Source: Cycas panzhihuaensis (lineage: Eukaryota > Plantae > Cycadophyta). From it: a stretch of DNA of 64,000 nucleotides. A program made the translations under genes and the position numbers. The notes beneath the pieces were generated by a model. It saw nothing but the letters and a program-made list of their open reading frames with translations, was not told where the DNA came from and did no database searches. Positions 25,921 through 40,827 of this stretch are shown here, one piece after another. The first letter of the stretch is position 1. Every line of letters begins with the position of its first letter. Location: positions 133,989,741 to 134,053,740 of the forward strand of contig CM041465.1 of the NCBI GenBank assembly GCA_023213395.1. The letters run 5' to 3'.

Positions 25921-26546
25921 TGATAGGGTGGTGATCTCTTTAGTAATAGAAGCATGTAAGTAGAATAATATATTTCAAAGAAAATAGAACCAAGCTCCCT
26001 ATAAGAATATATGTTTAATAAATTTTTAGTTTTTCATTCTAGAAACTCTAAAAACTAAGACCTAAGTGTTTTTATAATATATAAGTATAGAAATTCATGG
26101 CTTTTAGCCATATAAAAACCCTAACTATTATCTCCTAAAATTAGAAAATAAACTTTAAGTAGAAAAAATTCAAATCTAAAACTTTCTATTTTTAATAAGT
26201 TTTTTAAAATACTTCAAATTGCATAAAAATTTACCCACGAGTAGTTAAATATGTCATAGGCTCTCTAGTAAATCTAATAAAGTGAAACCAATCTCCTAAT
26301 TAAGAAAAATAATAGCTGTAAATTTTTATAAAATTAGAAAAAAACTTAAATTAAAAATTTTGGCAACCAAATAAATATTTTGGGCCTAAAATTGATCCAC
26401 AATATCTACAAAGCAATATAATTTCTCTCAAGTCTATATAACTTTTTAAGATGGCCATTTTGATATATGATAGTCCATGTTTTCGATTACATGTCACTAA
26501 CTTATATTATTCTAGTAAATAATAATTTCTAAATACTCTTGCATCA
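25921..26546 (-). repeat. CRM 5' LTR (626 bp)
   Basis: Colinear with 20565-21180, adjacent to the PBS and followed by the TSD. Confidence 0.92.
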
Positions 26547-26867
26547 CCTTTTAATTGCGTTTTGGTGCTCTTTAGTGATCTTATGAGATCTTCTTTATAA
26601 TATATTTTTTATATTATAATAAAATACTATAATATTATTAAAGATTCTTATTTGTATACTCAAGTTTGGAGAAATATTGGTTTAAGCTCATTCCAAGTGG
26701 TATTAGAGTTAAGTTGTGAATCCATATAAAGAAGCAAATAAATAAAAGGAGCAAAAAGAAAAAAAGAATTTCTTTTTTTTTTCTTAGTAAAATTTTGGAA
26801 ATCCTCTTCTACTTTTTTTTTTTTTTTTTCTCTACTATTATTATTTTTAAAAAATTCTATAATCAAC

Positions 26868-29800
26868 TAGAAGCACACCTCTAGGAGTTACTATGCCTCA
26901 ATTATCCTACTAGTTACATAAGCTACAAATGGCCAGAAGGAAAGTGGCTAGGATATCCTCAAAGGATATCAACACGTTGGAATGTAGGTTTAAGGGCCCA
27001 TAACCATGTGTAAGCTACCTATTTTCTAGGGGGTCTTCTTAATACAAAATAAAAGAGATGACAAAGGCATCCTCAAGTTTCCAAGTAGCCGAAGTAGGGC
27101 TCTCCTACCCTTAAGATGAAAGAGGGTGAAGAGGATCTCCTTTTGAGGAGGAGACAAAAGGGGCAATGGTTTCTTGTGGAAAGGAACCCTAGGGATGAGA
27201 AGAAGGGGTAATGGTTATTTATTTGCTTTATTTCTACTTATTCATTTATTTATTAATTTGATGACAAAAAGGAGTGAGCATAGGTAGGAGGATTAATTGC
27301 TTACAGTTTATTGTAAGCAGGAGTCCAAGGTTGTTGGTGTGGCACCTAAAGAATTACCCTTAAGAAGTTAGGATTCATGGCATTAAGACACAAGGATCTA
27401 GGTTCAGAGAGGTACAAAAATACTGTAATCATTTGGTTGTAACTAGGTTTTAGGCTTCTCCTCAAGTTGCAAGAAGAAGGGAGATAGGTTGGTGCTCATT
27501 TGCTTGTTGTAAGGTAGGTTTGTTTCTAACTAACGATTATTGTGACGTTTAATTATTGTAACAGTTATGATATAAACAAAAGACCGTAACAAATTAAAAT
27601 AACTACTCTCCCTCGCTCTCAATTCCTTTTCTCTCAAAATGGAGGGTTGGGGGGGGGAGGGGGGGAGGTTAAAAGAGCAAAAGAAAATGGGAGAATATGA
27701 TGTTTATCTACTTGAAACTAGTTTTCTTTTTTATGCAATAAATGAAAAGGGGTACTACAATGTTTCTTACTTGTGCAAGAAAGGACTTAAAATACTTTCT
27801 AGAATCCTTTTCTAAATATGATATCCAAGTCTAAAAGAAGAGGAAAACATGTAAGCTTTTCCTTTCATGTGCAAAGGGAAAGAGGGGAGTGGTTTGTTTA
27901 TGCTACACTTCGTTTCTATGTGAGATGCATAAGCATGCAAGCAAAGCAATGAAACCCTTTCCTTTTTAATATGTTTTTTTTTCCTTTAGGACAAAGGGGG
28001 ACTGGAAAGGCAAGGAGAGATAAAGTTGAGTGGTATGCACCCGATTCCATGACATTTAATGTAATAGCATAGCTCTTCTTCACGCATCCTCCTTACTGGT
28101 AACTCTACTTCCCTTGTTGTCACGAATGTCATTGATAACCCTTAAGTGGGGCTTCCTTACCTTCCCCAAGTTTGAATAAACAAAACTGAACAAAAAAAAA
28201 GAGAGTAACAAAAGGGGAAGTGCAACATAAATCAAAATAAAAAACAATATTACCTCTTAAGAAGAAATCACTTTATTTATGGACGGGTCTGCCTCCACCT
28301 AAATTACACAACAAATGACTTCTACAAATAACAAATATTCATATATGCATGGAAACTTACTGATGAAAGACATTTGGAATATTTGTTTTAGTTGTGCAAT
28401 GGTAGAACAAGATCTTAAATGATATTTTGCTATCTATTATGACATACAACATGCAACATATGAGAGAAGTGAAAGGTAGGAAGGAGTGGGAGCGTTACTT
28501 CAGAATGGCAAGCTCCACTGCAAACTAGGTTTCTCCCAAATGGACAAATGGAACCTCATGAGTAGGTGGTAGTTTCTTAGTGGTAAAAAGTCTTGAGGTG
28601 GGATGATGAATCATCAAGGAAGAAATCTATAAGGTTCACATCCAAATAATATACTAGTTGAAGTGTGAAGAAGAGGGATATTGGTTAGCATTAAGGAGGG
28701 GATTACTCTAATGAAAGGGGGTTTTTAGAACCAGAACTCAAGCCCAAAGTCCTTCCTATAATCTCCTCTAGCCACTTCTATCCTGTTCTCACCAAAAACT
28801 AATGACTTAGAGGATGAAACTAGAGGCTTAATGGTAGGTAGAGGGGTTGCCTCTAAGATTCATGGTAGATTTACTCCTAATAAACATGAAAGGGGTTTCT
28901 AAATCTAAAAATCATTAAAAAACATAGCAATTAATTAAAAGAATTAAATAAAACTTAGGTGTTTGACAACTAAAATCATAGAAAAATGGCTTACCTTTTA
29001 GATGAAGAGATATTGGTGTAGGTAAGAGTTCTTAGCTTGGAAACTGAGAGTTTTGGAGAAGAATTTTATGTTTTTTAGGGAGGAAACTAGCTCTTATTTG
29101 TGACTTGATAGCTTGAGGCTGACCTAGTGGTATTGTAGAGATTGATTCCATTTAATTTCCCTTGCCAAAGTGTTGTTCTGTATGTGGACTGCAAGTAGAT
29201 CTCAAGAGGATGAGAGTTTTTTAGAGAAATGTGAAGTTTAGTAGAAAAAATAGGTTCAAGAAGAGAAAAAATCAATTTGAATTAAGGTTTTTATGGTTTA
29301 AGTGAGTTCTCAAGACTGTTAGGGCCTAATCTAGGCTAGTCTTGAGGTTGGGGATTGTGTCAAGCTCACAATAAATGTAATTTTATCCATTTCTAGTCAT
29401 GTTTAAACTTATAACAATTGCATTGTGAATTGATTCACGACACCACTAATATATTAGTGGGGTGTAATAATCAAAGTGGTGTAGACAAAGAAGGGTGAAG
29501 GACGACAATAGTTTAACAAATTTTGATAAAAATTGATAAATATTAATTAAAAGAGGTAAAATAAGGCATGATATGTTATTGAGGGGCCTGAAACATATCC
29601 CTAAAGGCCTATAGGCCAATTCCAGGTCATTCTACTAGTAGAAAGTCACTTGGAACATACGAGAAACGTATCACCCTAAGTCAGAACTCCATGGAATGAT
29701 GATGACCACTTATGCCAGGGTACAAATAAGGCCCAAACAATCAACATCAACATAATACAATTAGCAGATTTCACATGGAATGAGCAATGAAGGGCATCTT

Positions 29801-30149
29801 TTCACGACAAAACCTCAATAGACTGTCCTTGGTGGACCAAGGGATAAATGAGGTGTACAAAAGGAAAAAGATGCTTCAAAAGAGTATGAAAAAGTTAAGA
29901 ATAATCTAAGCTAGGTTACAGAGGCATGTAAGAAACCTATTGCCAAGAGGGGATTAACCACAGGAGCTTGATAGTGCCATTAAACTAGAGTCTTGGTCAT
30001 CATAAGTGGGGATCATACATAGGCAAAGGGATCAAGTAGGTAATCCAAGTAGCCATGCAACCATATAATCATCATGTAATAGGCAAAAGAGTATACATGA
30101 TCTTACTTATGTGATACTATTCCTATCCATTCCTAGTGGCTGAGAAACA
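26868..30149 (-). repeat. 3' LTR of Tat copy A (~3.3 kb)
   Basis: Left end TAGAAGCACACCTCTAGG and right end CCATTCCTAGTGGCTGAGAAACA match the termini of the B LTRs; followed by the PPT. The interior is much more diverged from B. Confidence 0.75.
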
Positions 30150-30772
30150 CTACCCCCTTGGTAGTAGAACCTCATTGCTCAAAAGAGTTGGGCGATGGTA
30201 AATGCTATCAACACAAATCATTAGTAAAACATATCTAAATCCATGTGTTAGGGACCAAGGTGAGTGGTGGATGTTGTGACAGATCATATGGATGGGGAAA
30301 CATATGTTAGGGTGACAAAGAAGAGGCATATCCTAATCCATCCTTAGGGTACAGATCCTTAAACTAAAAACATATGTAGGATGCCTATAAAGTGTGACCT
30401 GGGGGTTATCCAAGGTGACACCTAAGAGGCTGGCATGAGCCAAGGAGATGCGACGAGACTAGAATCCCCAACGAAAACGACTAGGGAGAAGTAGAAAAGA
30501 GAAAGGAAATAAGGGGATGCCCCATTACCTTCATATACAAGGTAAACATAATATAAACATAATCTATAAATAATATAAACATAATCTAGAAAGATATAAA
30601 CATAATCAAAAAGTATATAGAAACCTGTACTACAGATGATACGAGAGACAAGCAAAGAGACAAACCTACAATCACTATAGTTTAACCTCATCAATGGCCT
30701 ATTTTTAGAGGTGTAAAGGGGAGGATGACTAGAAGAACCTCTCAGGACAGGGAGGCTAACCTAGGCGATCAG

Positions 30773-31192
30773 CTAGGGATTGTCCAAGGAAGGGAGGAAA
30801 TGCTCTAGGATAAAGCAGACAAGGTTGTCCACCTCAACATTCTAATCAGGAGGGATATATCAGATATCCACTGAGGAAAAGAAGGATAAAAGGGACCTGG
30901 CAATCGAGATAAAGGACCTCAGTCAGGGGTAACAGACTTGACATATTTGAGTTAGTTGTGAGACTACAACTTGAGAATCACAATGGAGATCGATGGGGCT
31001 ATGATAGAGGCAAAGTACATCAGTAAGAGCCTCGATAACGCCCATGTACTTGGCCTTATTATTTATAGTCTCGAGTAAGCATACTCTAGAATGCATGAAG
31101 TCATGCCCAGAGGGGTTACAGATGATCCAAGAAATTGCAGAAAGTCTTAGGTTACAATGACTGCCACCATCTATATAAATAAGCAAATCCAT
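30773..31192 (-). pseudogene. Stand-alone archaeal-type RNase HI (aRH) ORF, copy A
   Basis: MDLLIYIDGGSHCN...TINNKAKYMGVIEAL...LHCDSQVVVSQL...YIPPD*NVEVDNL...LDNP*. It spans 420 nt in one frame with in-frame stops only. Confidence 0.85.
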
Positions 31193-32371
31193 GGCAGTAA
31201 GAAATAAATGGTTGTAAGAAGGAAAAGAAGTGGTTAAAAGAATCTTCTATAACTCATGATAACTCAAAAAAATAGCCATATGAGGATAAGAGAGCCCTAT
31301 GTATAAGCTACCAGGCTCGTAGAGGGCCTGCCCTATAGATGGAGGAGAGTTATCGTAGTGACAAGTTATTTAACATGTCTTTAGAGCTGATATATGGCTA
31401 ATTGGGACCTAAGGGAGGAAGGAGATCTTGTTAGAAGCCTTAGGGACTTAAACGAATGGTAAAAATGGATCCAAGGTGCCAAAATAGGCTAATAGAGTGT
31501 AAACTCCAATAGCATTTTGGATAGGGTTACAATCAGGTAGAAGGGCTCATGAGATAGGCCAAAAGAAGGTGCCATAAATAGGCAAAATAAAGGGAAAAAG
31601 GCATATTTGGGGGTGAAAATAGGCGTGGGCCCTAAAGAGATTAAAGATAGGTTAGAGGAAATGGTGTTGGTGGCTCTTTCATGGTAGAGAAAGGATGTTA
31701 TACCTTAAATGGCTTTGCAAATAAAAGGAGGGTGAGGGGAAAAAATGGGATTCATTTTTATGCTCCCTTGTGTGATTTCAGAGCCCTACCCCTCTAACAC
31801 CCTGATTTACCCCTCATCATGCATTCAATGGAGGAGATCCAACCATTGGATCATCATGTGAAGAGTGTCATTAGATCTGTGAGTAAGATATGGCTATAGT
31901 CAGACCAAATCTAGTGCACCCATCTAGGCCTTAACCCTTGATTTTGAATTTTTTATCATTAGTGTTTTTTATTATAGTTTAGGTCTTTTGTAGGTAAATG
32001 GACCCTTCCGAGACCTGTTTGAGGGCCCAGAAGGGCTAGACCAGGGCATTAGAGAGCCTTGGTCCTCGTGGATTAATTACAGTCCATAATTTTCTTATTT
32101 TTTATTTTTTATTTTTTTAAAATTTTTGGCAAGGAAAGCTATGAGACTGCAAACTTATTCGCAATGCTGCAAACTTTCTCATAGGCTAAGGAGGAGTCAG
32201 TGGGGATTGCTAATATATTCATGGTGTTAGGATAATTTAATGAAAAATAAAAGAAACTTTGAAGCTTTATACTAGTTTCTCTTATCTTTTGATGATTAGA
32301 GAGGACTTTTGACTGATAGAGAGGAGACTGGCTAACTAATGATGTGTTTTTTATTATTACAGCCCATTATC

Positions 32372-34810
32372 ATGGTTGAAATTTATGAAAACATTAGCAA
32401 GGCTATGGTAGGATTTATTGATCTACTGGAGAGACAAGAGAGGGTGATCCTGCGGCAGTGCAGATTGAAGAAGAACATTTATACACCTGAGTATGCATCA
32501 AACTAGGCCCTCCTAATAGATATCATTTCCTACTAGGACCGCAAGAGGCACATATTCCATCTCCCTCAGGTAGGAGATGTCACTATCACCCCAGTAGATG
32601 GTAGGAGGATCCAGGGGGTGCTAGATAGGGGTACACCAATAACATTAGGGGGCCTCCCAAGTACTAATGCAGCCCATCAAGAGGCTATGAGGTTCTTCAT
32701 AGGTTAGGGTTACTAGGACCAGAGTGGCATACCAATAAGGTCCATTGCCATGTTGAGGATTTCTCATGTGAGAAAGATGATTGTGCTTGCTATTCTATTA
32801 TGGATCTCTCAGAAATAAAATTATAAGGACATTCTAGGGGGATGGATGATGACGTTGAGGAGGTGTGAGTAAGGGGAGCACTTTGACTGGGCCGCTAGGA
32901 TAGTGGTTAATCTCACAATCAAGCTAGACCAGATCAAGAGGGTAGGACAAGGAGGATTTTCATTTTGCACCCTTCTTTAATGATGATTTTTTTATCACTT
33001 CCATGGAGTGGGTCTAGTAACAAGTCCCTAGCCTATAACAACTCATGCTCTGATGGTACATAAGTGGCAAATGTGATTTAGGAGTGTAGAAGAGCTAGTA
33101 TACGTCAGGTGGTCGATGGTAGCTACATCTTTAGATCTCCTCATATTGGATGACCATGTGAGTGACCCATATCATACTATCCATTAGGGGAGTGATGAGG
33201 AGGGAGGCAAGGCAGTCGATGCTCTATGTGAGGAGTCAAAGGATGAGGAGGAGGGTGAGAGAGCTACTGGCAATGACCTAGAGGTAGAGGCAATGATATC
33301 AATAGTGGTAGAGGCAACTTTAGTCACATGTAGAGAGGAGGTCCTTGGAGCAGAGGAGGCTGAGGAAGGTGGTGTACTAGATACTTTAAGGGAGGAGGAG
33401 GAGCTGGGAGAGGAGGAGATAGCAACTGCAACTATAAGTGTCATAGTCAAGGAGGTGTTGGGCGCTTTAGGAGGTATGATTTCCCCTCTACTCTAGCTTT
33501 AGCTTTTGATTTAGTCATTTGATACTTGCAAAGTTTATTTGACATGCTTTACATGTTGTAGATATTGATGGATTGTTATATACTATCCTACTGACACCCT
33601 AATACGTATGAATAGTAGGTGGAGATGGCATAAAGAGTTAGTGAGGCAGGTGGTCGCTCAGCTTTTCCCATAGGTATATGAGGAGGGGTAGCCTCCCATC
33701 ATAGACAGTGAGAAGCCTAGGTTGGCAAGGAGGCAAACTTCAGCTTTTACTCTGCTCATGTAAGTGTGAGATATATGGCCTATAGAGGCCCAAGATCTAC
33801 AAGGTAAGAGAGACTTTTTGAGAATAGAAGGTCCAACCCTCTAACAGCCACCAAGATCTTTTACTTTCTTACAACTAGTTACAGAAATGAAACATACAAA
33901 TTACATGCAAGTTCTTAAAACTAGAGATTATACAGTAACAAGATAATGAAAGCCAAACATCACATATGCACCCAATATAATGTGGTAAAACCCTAGCAGT
34001 GTGCTAGGGAAACATCCACACAAGAAAGGTATCGATCTTTATTATTGCAGAATGGAGAAAATAGTACATCATAGACACAGAGTACTCTTTGGAACAATAA
34101 TCAGCCGCCGCCCTCTTCACAGTACATTGCATAACATTACAACATAATAAGAAAAGCCCTAAAAACGGGCTACATGAGAGGACATCCAAGACCTAAAATA
34201 TCAACCGTAGAATCTAGGGTATTTTTCATTGTATGACCCTGGTTCTCTTTACACTTTAATAAGGTTTACATGGTTAATTTTTCAGGTTGGGGGCTATCGC
34301 CCCCGAACCCCCTCCTAGTGGGGGGTGTTCCACTCCCTCAAGACCCCCAAGGGGCTCCATATGGAACCCCCAAGAAAGATTAGGGGGGAAATCGCGCCAA
34401 AAACAAGCCATAATTTTAGGCCTATAATTGTTGTCACAATACCCAACAAGACTAGCAATGGGCTGAGAGAGACCAGATGTAGGCTCAGGTATAGATGCTA
34501 GAAGCTCAGGGGGAAGGAGATAAAGATGTTGAGGGCAACACGAGGTTTTTTGTACTAGAGGAGAGGATCCATGGTATGGAGAGAGAGCAGGGTCTTCTAC
34601 TAAGCTAAAGGAATAGGCTATTGGAGAGGTACGACTAATTAATTGACTAGATGACTGCTCGATCCTTGCATAGTAGGACTCACACGGTGATGCCATCTTA
34701 GAGAAGGGAAAGAGACAAAGGAAGTGAGTCTAGGACATTGCAGAGGAGGAGGAGGAGCCTGGGAGGGATGTGGTCTCCAAGCAAGGGAGTAGATAGGCTA
34801 GGAGGTGATA
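32372..34810 (+). pseudogene. Antisense, spliced Plant Mobile Domain (PMD) gene, copy A
   Basis: MVEIYENI...ALLIDIISY*DRKRHIFHLPQVGDVTITPVDGRRIQGV...HFDWAARIVVNL...GGFSFCTLL***FFYHF are PMD hallmarks. An acidic tract follows, then a GT-AG intron at ~33474-33615 and a last exon split by a solo LTR. The 3' end is approximate. Confidence 0.75.
33816..34448. mobile_element. Solo LTR of an unrelated family (633 bp)
   Basis: Perfect TSD AGACT (33811-33815 and 34449-34453). Termini TTTTGAGAAT (decayed TGTTGGGTAT) and ATACCCAACA. Absent from the homologous position in copy B. Confidence 0.8.
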
Positions 34811-34983
34811 CGCCATAAGGATATAGCGACCTCACATGACTATTATACTAGAGGCATTTTGAGACAGGAAAGCTTCAGATCTCTAGGGGTTCCTTATTAC
34901 ATATGAATGCATGATTGTACCTACCCCCTATAAGGATTCTGGCTTCCTCAGGTATACATTATTAATATTTTATACCATTACTC

Positions 34984-35938
<955 letters not shown>

Positions 35939-36586
35939 GGGTCACATTGGTATCCCATTTTGATATACTTTGCCTATTTTATTGATTATGGATGTATGGA
36001 TGTAGAGATTATAATATGGATTGATTTACATTTTGTTGTATCATGTATATAGAGATTCTTTTAGCTTGAATGCTTTCTTTTATGTAGCATGGCACTTGCA
36101 CTAGGCACATACGATCACCCTATATAGCAGGTGACCTCGCACGAGACTAGGGTGAGGGGATTATGCATGTTCCTCAAATGAAACATGGGGATCCTACTAA
36201 GAAAGTAACTAAATAGGTATGGATACCCTAGGAAATAATCAAATTAAGGATATGGACTATCTCTAAGGAATTTCCCAAGTAGTGACTTATGCTTTGAAGT
36301 AGGTTAAGTCACGTCTGTGGAGGAAACCCTAATCACAGGTGTGGTAGCAAATTGATACAACTGAACAACTACTAATATATGAACAAAAAGGGGGTGCTTT
36401 ATTGTTTAAGGGGGTAAATAGTTCCTTCGAAAAGGGGCTTGGCTTCCTCGTCAACATACAAAGTGACCTAAGTTCCAAACATGTGTCATGCCCCTAATGT
36501 GAAGACATGGCAAAGTGTTTAGGAGGTAGTTTAGGCTCATTTTGGAGCAAAGGAAAGACACCCATTCTACTCGAGGTAAGATGGAT

Positions 36587-39500
36587 CTCACATAGAATTT
36601 CTTTACGAACTTGTTATTTACAACTTTGTTGAATTCAAGTCCCTCCAACATTACTATCATATATGCACCATTGTCGAGGCTCTCAAGAATGATGATGGTG
36701 CCCACCCATTTGGGGCCAAATTTAGATAGTCGATTATGGAGATACCCTAGTTTGAGGACTTGGTCTCAAGGGTTTAAGGGATGAGGACATAGACATTTGG
36801 CATATATCTTATGTGCCCTATCCTTAGAAGCAAGATTTTCTTAGTATGCAGTCAAGTGCTTCTTATCCAGGGCTTCAAGGTCTAAGAGGTAGACCTAGCA
36901 GCATGACTCCTCATCGATGAGACCCGTGAGGGAAACTCTCAAGGAGGGAATTTCAACCTCTAGAGGTAGAACCACTTCCATCCCATATACTAGGGAGAAC
37001 AGGGTCATTCTTGTTGTGATGCAAACATAGGTATGATAGGCCCACTGGGCAGAATGATGATGAAGATGCTAATCCCTTTGGGGTTGGGTAACTGTCTTCT
37101 TTAAAATATTGATAAGAGTCTTAATAAATAACTCAATTTGGCCATTGGCCTAGGGCTAGTAGAGAGATGAGGTCTTGTGAGATATCTTGAATTTCTTATA
37201 AAGTTCGTCCATCTATTTATTACAGAAAGGGATGCCATTATCTACAATTAAGATGTCGGGGACCCTGAATCGACAGATAATGTGTTGGTAGACGAAGGTG
37301 GTAATTGCCTTGTCGGTAATGGAGGTCAATAGAATACCTTTAGCCTATTTGGTGAAGTATTCTTTTGCCATCAAGATGAATTTATGTTGGGACGAGGAAG
37401 GAAGAGTAATGGCTCTAATGAGGTCTAGGCCCCATTTGGGAAAAGGCCATGGGGAGATAATAGGATAGAGGGCCTCGGGAGATAAATTGATCACATTAGG
37501 CATGGGCATCTTTGAAGAGGGATAGTTAATAGTAGCTCATGTGGAGGATCCTTTAGGCCATGGATTAGCCCCCAAAATCGCCTCTACAAATTCCATTATG
37601 ACATTCATAGAGGATTTGGCTTGCTTCATTAGGGCTGACATAACAAAGGAGGATTCCATCGAAGGACCTCTTATACAACACTTCTTCTATGAGGAATTTT
37701 TGCTTGGTAGTGGCTCTAACGCACAACTTTGCTTTATCGCTAGTATTAGAAGTATATTATTGTCGAGTAAGTTACTATATAATATCCCCATACCATTCGC
37801 TATTAGCTAGTGGATGGGGAGTTGAATCCTAGAAGGCAAAGATAGGCTCATCAGGCAACAAATCATTGACTAGAAGGCTTGAGAGATTTAGGATGAGGGC
37901 ATCGACTAGTTGCTCAGCAATGACCATTCCCTTCTTAGGTTTCTTATTAATAATCTTGAGATCGTATTCTTGGAGGAGGATAACCCATTTGCCCATCCTC
38001 CCATTCAAGTTAGTCTAGGTTAAGAGATATCTTAACGGATCAGATTACACAATCACATAGGTGGTATTACCTAGGAAGTAATGTTTAAACTTCTTAGCTG
38101 TATGGAACAAGGCTAGACATTCCTTTTTAGTAGAGGGTAATTTAGCTTAGTCACCATTAACATGTGGTTGATAAAATATATGGCTCTCTTAGTCTTAGAG
38201 TCATCTTCTTGGGCCAACATGGCTCCCAAGGACTCATCGATAACCGAGGTGTATAGGATGAATGGGCAGTCGAAAAGAGGGGTGTGCTAAAATAGAGGTA
38301 GAGACTAGGGCTATTTTGAGTTCTTAGAATACCTCCTGGGCCTTAGGAGACCACACAAATGGGGCCCCATTCTTTAATAGGTTAGTCAGAGGCTTGGTGT
38401 TTATGGAAAAGTCTACCAAGGAATGCCTCAAGAAGCCCAACCTACCAAAAAATGATTTGATTTATTATTATGTTTTCAGATGAGGCATATCAAGGACATC
38501 TTTGACCTTGTCTGGGTTAATTTGAATCCCTTGTTTAGAGACAAGAAAACCTAAGAGCTTATTAGTGGTGACTACAAACATGCATTTGGGCAGGTTTAGG
38601 CTAACATGATATCTATGACACCTCATGAAAATGGCACACAAGTTTGTAGGGTGATCGATCCTCTTATGGGAGAGGCCCATCATGTCATCCATGAAAACCT
38701 CAAGGGTTTTATTTATGAAGTCATGGAAAATGAACTACACTGCACTTTAGTAAGTGGCACCCATATTCTTTAATCTAAAGGGCATAGCCTTGTAAGCAAA
38801 CATGCCACATATGGTAGTGAAGGTTATCTTTTAACAGTCTTTGGAGGATATTTAGATTTGGTTATATCCAGAAAAGCCATCCATCAAGGACATGACTTCA
38901 AAGCCTACTGTTCGATGAATTATTTGATCAATGAATGGCAAGGGGAAGTTATCTTTGGGACATGCATTATTTCTGTTCCAAAAATCAACATATATTTTAA
39001 TCATCATATTCTTCTTAGTGACAGGAATGATGTTGGTCACCTATTTGGGGTAATTAATGGAGGTAATTAGCCCCACATGTAGGAGCTTCTCCACTTCTAT
39101 CTTTACGATGATAGAGAGTTTAGGGTGAAGAGGGCATTATTTTTACCACACAGGGAAAGCACGTGAGATGGTTGTAAGGTTATGGGTAATAATGGAGGGG
39201 TCTATCCCTTTCATATCCAAATAGTCCCATGTAAAGATGTCGCGAAACTCTTGGAATAAATAGGTATATTCTTCTATTTCTTTAGGGGTACACTTCATTC
39301 CAACCTTGATGACCTTATCAGGGGTAAGGATGATGTCCTTAGTAACCCTTGCATACATGGAATTCCCCTCCTCGAAGTGAAAGGGAGCTTGGTCAATGGA
39401 AGCAAGTGGGGAAGTGTCGGGTTGATTTGGGTTGGCTAGCGGCAACCCCAAGGCTAGACATTTTTAGAAACTAAGCCTATAACGTATGGAAGGGAGGTTG

Positions 39501-40827
39501 GGCACAGAACCTACTAAATGCTCTAATGGGGCCTCATCGTTCTCGAAGTAATCTACCTTGTGGATAGTCTTGCTTAAGGGAAATAAGGGGTGAGGCAAAG
39601 GAGTAATGACAGGTCCATAACGATTGATCCACCACTCTACATAATCAGGGGACTCCTTAAAGGAGTTAGAGGATATCCTCCTATATAGTTGTACCCTATT
39701 ATGTGGAGGGGGAAGTCATCTGGGACCTAAGCCACAAGCTATAGAGTTATCACATAGAAAAGAGAACTGCCCATCCTTGTCATCTACAAAGGATGATGAG
39801 TTTTGGGGGGTAGATGAAGACGAGGCAGGGCTGGAGCTCACGCAGGCTAGGGGTCAAGACTGGAAAGAAGATGTAAGGAATGCCTCCTATAGATGTTGAG
39901 GAGGGATATGGGATAAAGAGGTTCCTCATACTTGTCATTAGGCTCATGGTCACTCACAACGACAAGGTACCCATAACTTCCTACACTGATAGGGGCAAAA
40001 CATATTAGATTTGAGGAGGAAGGGAGAGGTTCTTCCCCTACATTAGGAATGCTTAGGACATCGATTGAGCAGGTAATAGAGGGGGCAGATAGGTCCTTGT
40101 TGCTCTCAGCTAGCTCATAGGTCTCTTAATATGATTGATGAGATGATTGAATAGGAGGTGGTTCCTGAAAAATAACCTTCATTCACCCTTTATAGACAAA
40201 TTTAAGTTGCCTCTAGTGGGATGAGTACATGGATCCCACCTGACCAAGCCATGGGCATCCTAATAGAAGATTGTAATCCACGTCAATGTTAAGGACTACT
40301 ATATCTATGAGGATGGTTTTATTCTCAAAGGTAAGGGGAATTGAAACCAATCCCAAGGGCATCTTCTCACTACCATCATAGCCTTGACATTACCATGGGA
40401 CTAGTTCGAGGGCTGCTATACCTAAATCTTGTATTATACATAAGGGCATAGTATGAATAGAAGAACCATCATCTATAACTATCCTTCTAAGAGTACACTC
40501 ACGAGTGTTAATAGAAATGATAAAGGGATAGTGCCATTACCACTTCCTCTCAATGCGGATGGAAGATCCTTAAGGTCAAAAGTAATAAGGGGTTCCTAAT
40601 TTGGGGCAGCACCTAAAGCATGGATATGGGGTATCAGTTTGACATAAGGCCTTAAAAATAAGGGTATATTGCTTAGGGTAGCTCTGCAAGATGTCCATCA
40701 TGAATATTCCTATAGCTATGATATGGAATTCATCAACTATAGAGAAGGACTTCCCTTTCCTAGTAGGTTGAGGAAGCACCCTTCGAAAGTCACATTGCCC
40801 AGGGCAAATGAGAATGGTCTTGGGGAT
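36587..40827 (-). pseudogene. pol remnant of Tat copy A (PR, spacer, RT, RH, INT)
   Basis: Protease near 40460-40490 (IVIDDGSSIH); RT NNACPKDNFPLPFIDQ...MSLMDGFSGYNQI and VFMDDMMGL; RH ILYTSVIDESLGAML; integrase WGLDLIRAITLPSSSQHKFIL; C-terminus VNNKFVKKFYV. Confidence 0.92.

Larger units (their letters stand above)
20565..26546 (-). mobile_element. Full-length decayed Ty3/gypsy CRM-clade retrotransposon (~6 kb)
   Basis: LTRs at 20565-21180 and 25921-26546 with TGAT...CATCA termini. Perfect TSD CCTTT (20560-20564 and 26547-26551). Decayed iMet PBS TCTCTAATACCA at 25907-25918 and PPT TCCTCCCTT at 21181-21189. Confidence 0.93.
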
